Source: Nitrospirales bacterium (GTDB lineage Bacteria; Nitrospirota; Nitrospiria; Nitrospirales; UBA8639). Taken from it: DNA of 64,000 nucleotides. Of the stretch, positions 62,401 to 64,000 are shown one piece after another; position 1 is the first letter of the stretch, and the number at the start of each line of letters is the position of its first letter. Under the pieces are notes generated by a model. The model searched no databases, had not been told where the DNA came from, and saw only the letters and a program-made list of their open reading frames with translations. The stretch lies in contig CBDBCZ010000014.1 in the NCBI GenBank assembly GCA_965203295.1, forward strand, positions 352,001-416,000, written 5' to 3'. Both the position numbers and the translations under genes were made by a program.

Positions 62401-62957
62401 AGAAGTCTGCTCTAGATTTACGCTTTAATGAGCCATACCAGTCATCCTTAAGTGCTTTCAAGACTTGCTAGAGAGCATCCATCACTGGAGTACATGTACC
62501 ACATTGCCAAGTTGCTAATCAGGAAATCGTACTTCTTAAGTTTCTGCTGTCTTCTTCTTCAGCCAGGCTAGCACACTAATTACTGAACTAATTACAGTGA
62601 CTCTGGAAACGAAAAACAGGGCATTGTACTTACAGTATAGAGTTTGAAATTGCAGTTGTTCTGCTGTGATTGCCTATCACATCCACAGATGCTCTCCATT
62701 GCATGTCACTTTTATGACCATGCAGGATTGTCACACACTGCCTGCCACCTTCTTCATTACACCACATGTTTGTACGCATTAGTAAGTAGATGTGCTATCT
62801 GTCTTCTAGTGCTTGTTCATAATTGCACAATATGTAGCTATAAAATAGACTTTCTCGGATCACTGGTTACATTCCTGTGGCACAAAGTCCAGGACCGCTT
62901 ACAACTCTGGTCAGTGGCGCTATTTAAGTTTTAACTGGCATATATGTCATAGGAAAG

Positions 62958-63473
62958 CAGGGCCGTAGCCACCGGTAAGGTTGGACCGGTTTCAACCAGA
63001 CCACTGTTTGTGGAACTAAGTTACGTGTTTGTGGTGAAGCATCATGTGTTCAGTTATTAAATCGTCGAGAAAGATGGCTGCAAGTAGTACGAGCCTTTTC
63101 AAAGCAACTCTCCGAAGTCTTCCTGACCGGCCCCATCATCCAAAAGCTTTTGCATTTCCCATGCAAACCTTTGGAAAGTTGAACCCGTGCTGTGTCAGTA
63201 AGCGCGCTGCATTAACATCTCATTCAGGGCAATGCCTTCTCCCAATTTACGAGTGCCTTGAGCGCAAAGATTTTATAGCGAGCACTATGGCTGCATTTTG
63301 CAGCAGATCGTCCAACCCTTGCTTTTTTACCCCAAAAGTGCATCAAAAACGATCTCAGAAGGCCTGAATTCCCAAATTTTTCTAGGGGGCATACCCTCAG
63401 ACCCCTCTAGTGGGTGCAGATGTATTTTATGTTGTCAAACCAGACCACTTCAAATCTGGTGCCTACGGCCCTG
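62958..63473. mobile_element. hAT-like deletion derivative
   Basis: TIR CAGGGCCGTAG(C/G)CACC; internal start of a ZMYM1-like hAT ORF (LPDRPHHPKAFAFP..FGK); TSD only partly preserved. Confidence 0.65.
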
Positions 63474-64000
63474 GAAAGGGGAGAAGATTAATGACTCACT
63501 CTAAGTAACGATAAATGATACTGAAGGGGGCAGACAGCCATTCTTTCCCGTGACACTAGAATAGATAATATATGCGTGTTTCTCCCTGGTCTCTGCAGCA
63601 GCTTGCTGTCACATTATTAGCTCCAACTACATCCCAATAAGCAACTTCTACTTCGCACAATCGCATCAAATGATACATCTCTACACAATCATTTCCTGCA
63701 TCTTTTCCATTTTCCAGACACGCAAACACACACCACATTCCCCTCCATGCCACACCATGCAGCCAGAGGAGGTCGGTAGAGGTTGACCTTTACTAATCAG
63801 GTCTCATTAAAGTCACGTGTAGCTCAGTACTGTAGATTACGTAATGCACGTTTAGTACAGTGCTCTTCATTGACCGTTTTTGGACTTTTTCACTATATCG
63901 CCCTGGCTCTATCACCTTGAAAATGGACTCGTAAGGTGGCGTAGGAGTCTTTTGTTGTGTTTAAAGCCTGAGCCCTTGAATCGCCCCTCTGTAACTAAGT

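Overview
This is eukaryotic DNA, with spliceosomal GT-AG introns. It is probably from a non-bilaterian animal such as a demosponge, inferred from repeat types and composition. Positions ~1-41,200 are a dense, nested transposon cluster. It holds an intact PIF/Harbinger (transposase + Myb gene), an intact Sola1, a truncated hAT, a split DIRS/Ngaro, a MULE-fold transposase pseudogene, AcademH-type relics, and Penelope, LINE and Gypsy fragments. Positions ~41,200-64,000 are MITE-rich intergenic/intronic DNA with the first exon of a secreted NIDO-type host gene at 56,579. The main find is a two-gene Tc1-type (DD34E) transposon architecture that occurs twice in divergent forms. The first copy (12,911-17,274) is complete, with TIRs and a TA TSD; the second (32,177 to >=36,932) has lost its right end. 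Each pairs the transposase with a convergent, spliced accessory gene: W-rich N-terminal domain, coiled coil, Pro/Ser linker and C-terminal BEN domain. Also notable are a B-box-RecQ helicase gene beside a CAC-type hairpin-array terminus and collinear with the MULE-fold transposase, and a minimal hammerhead ribozyme in a Penelope 3' end. Domain calls come from motifs recognised by eye; no searches were run.
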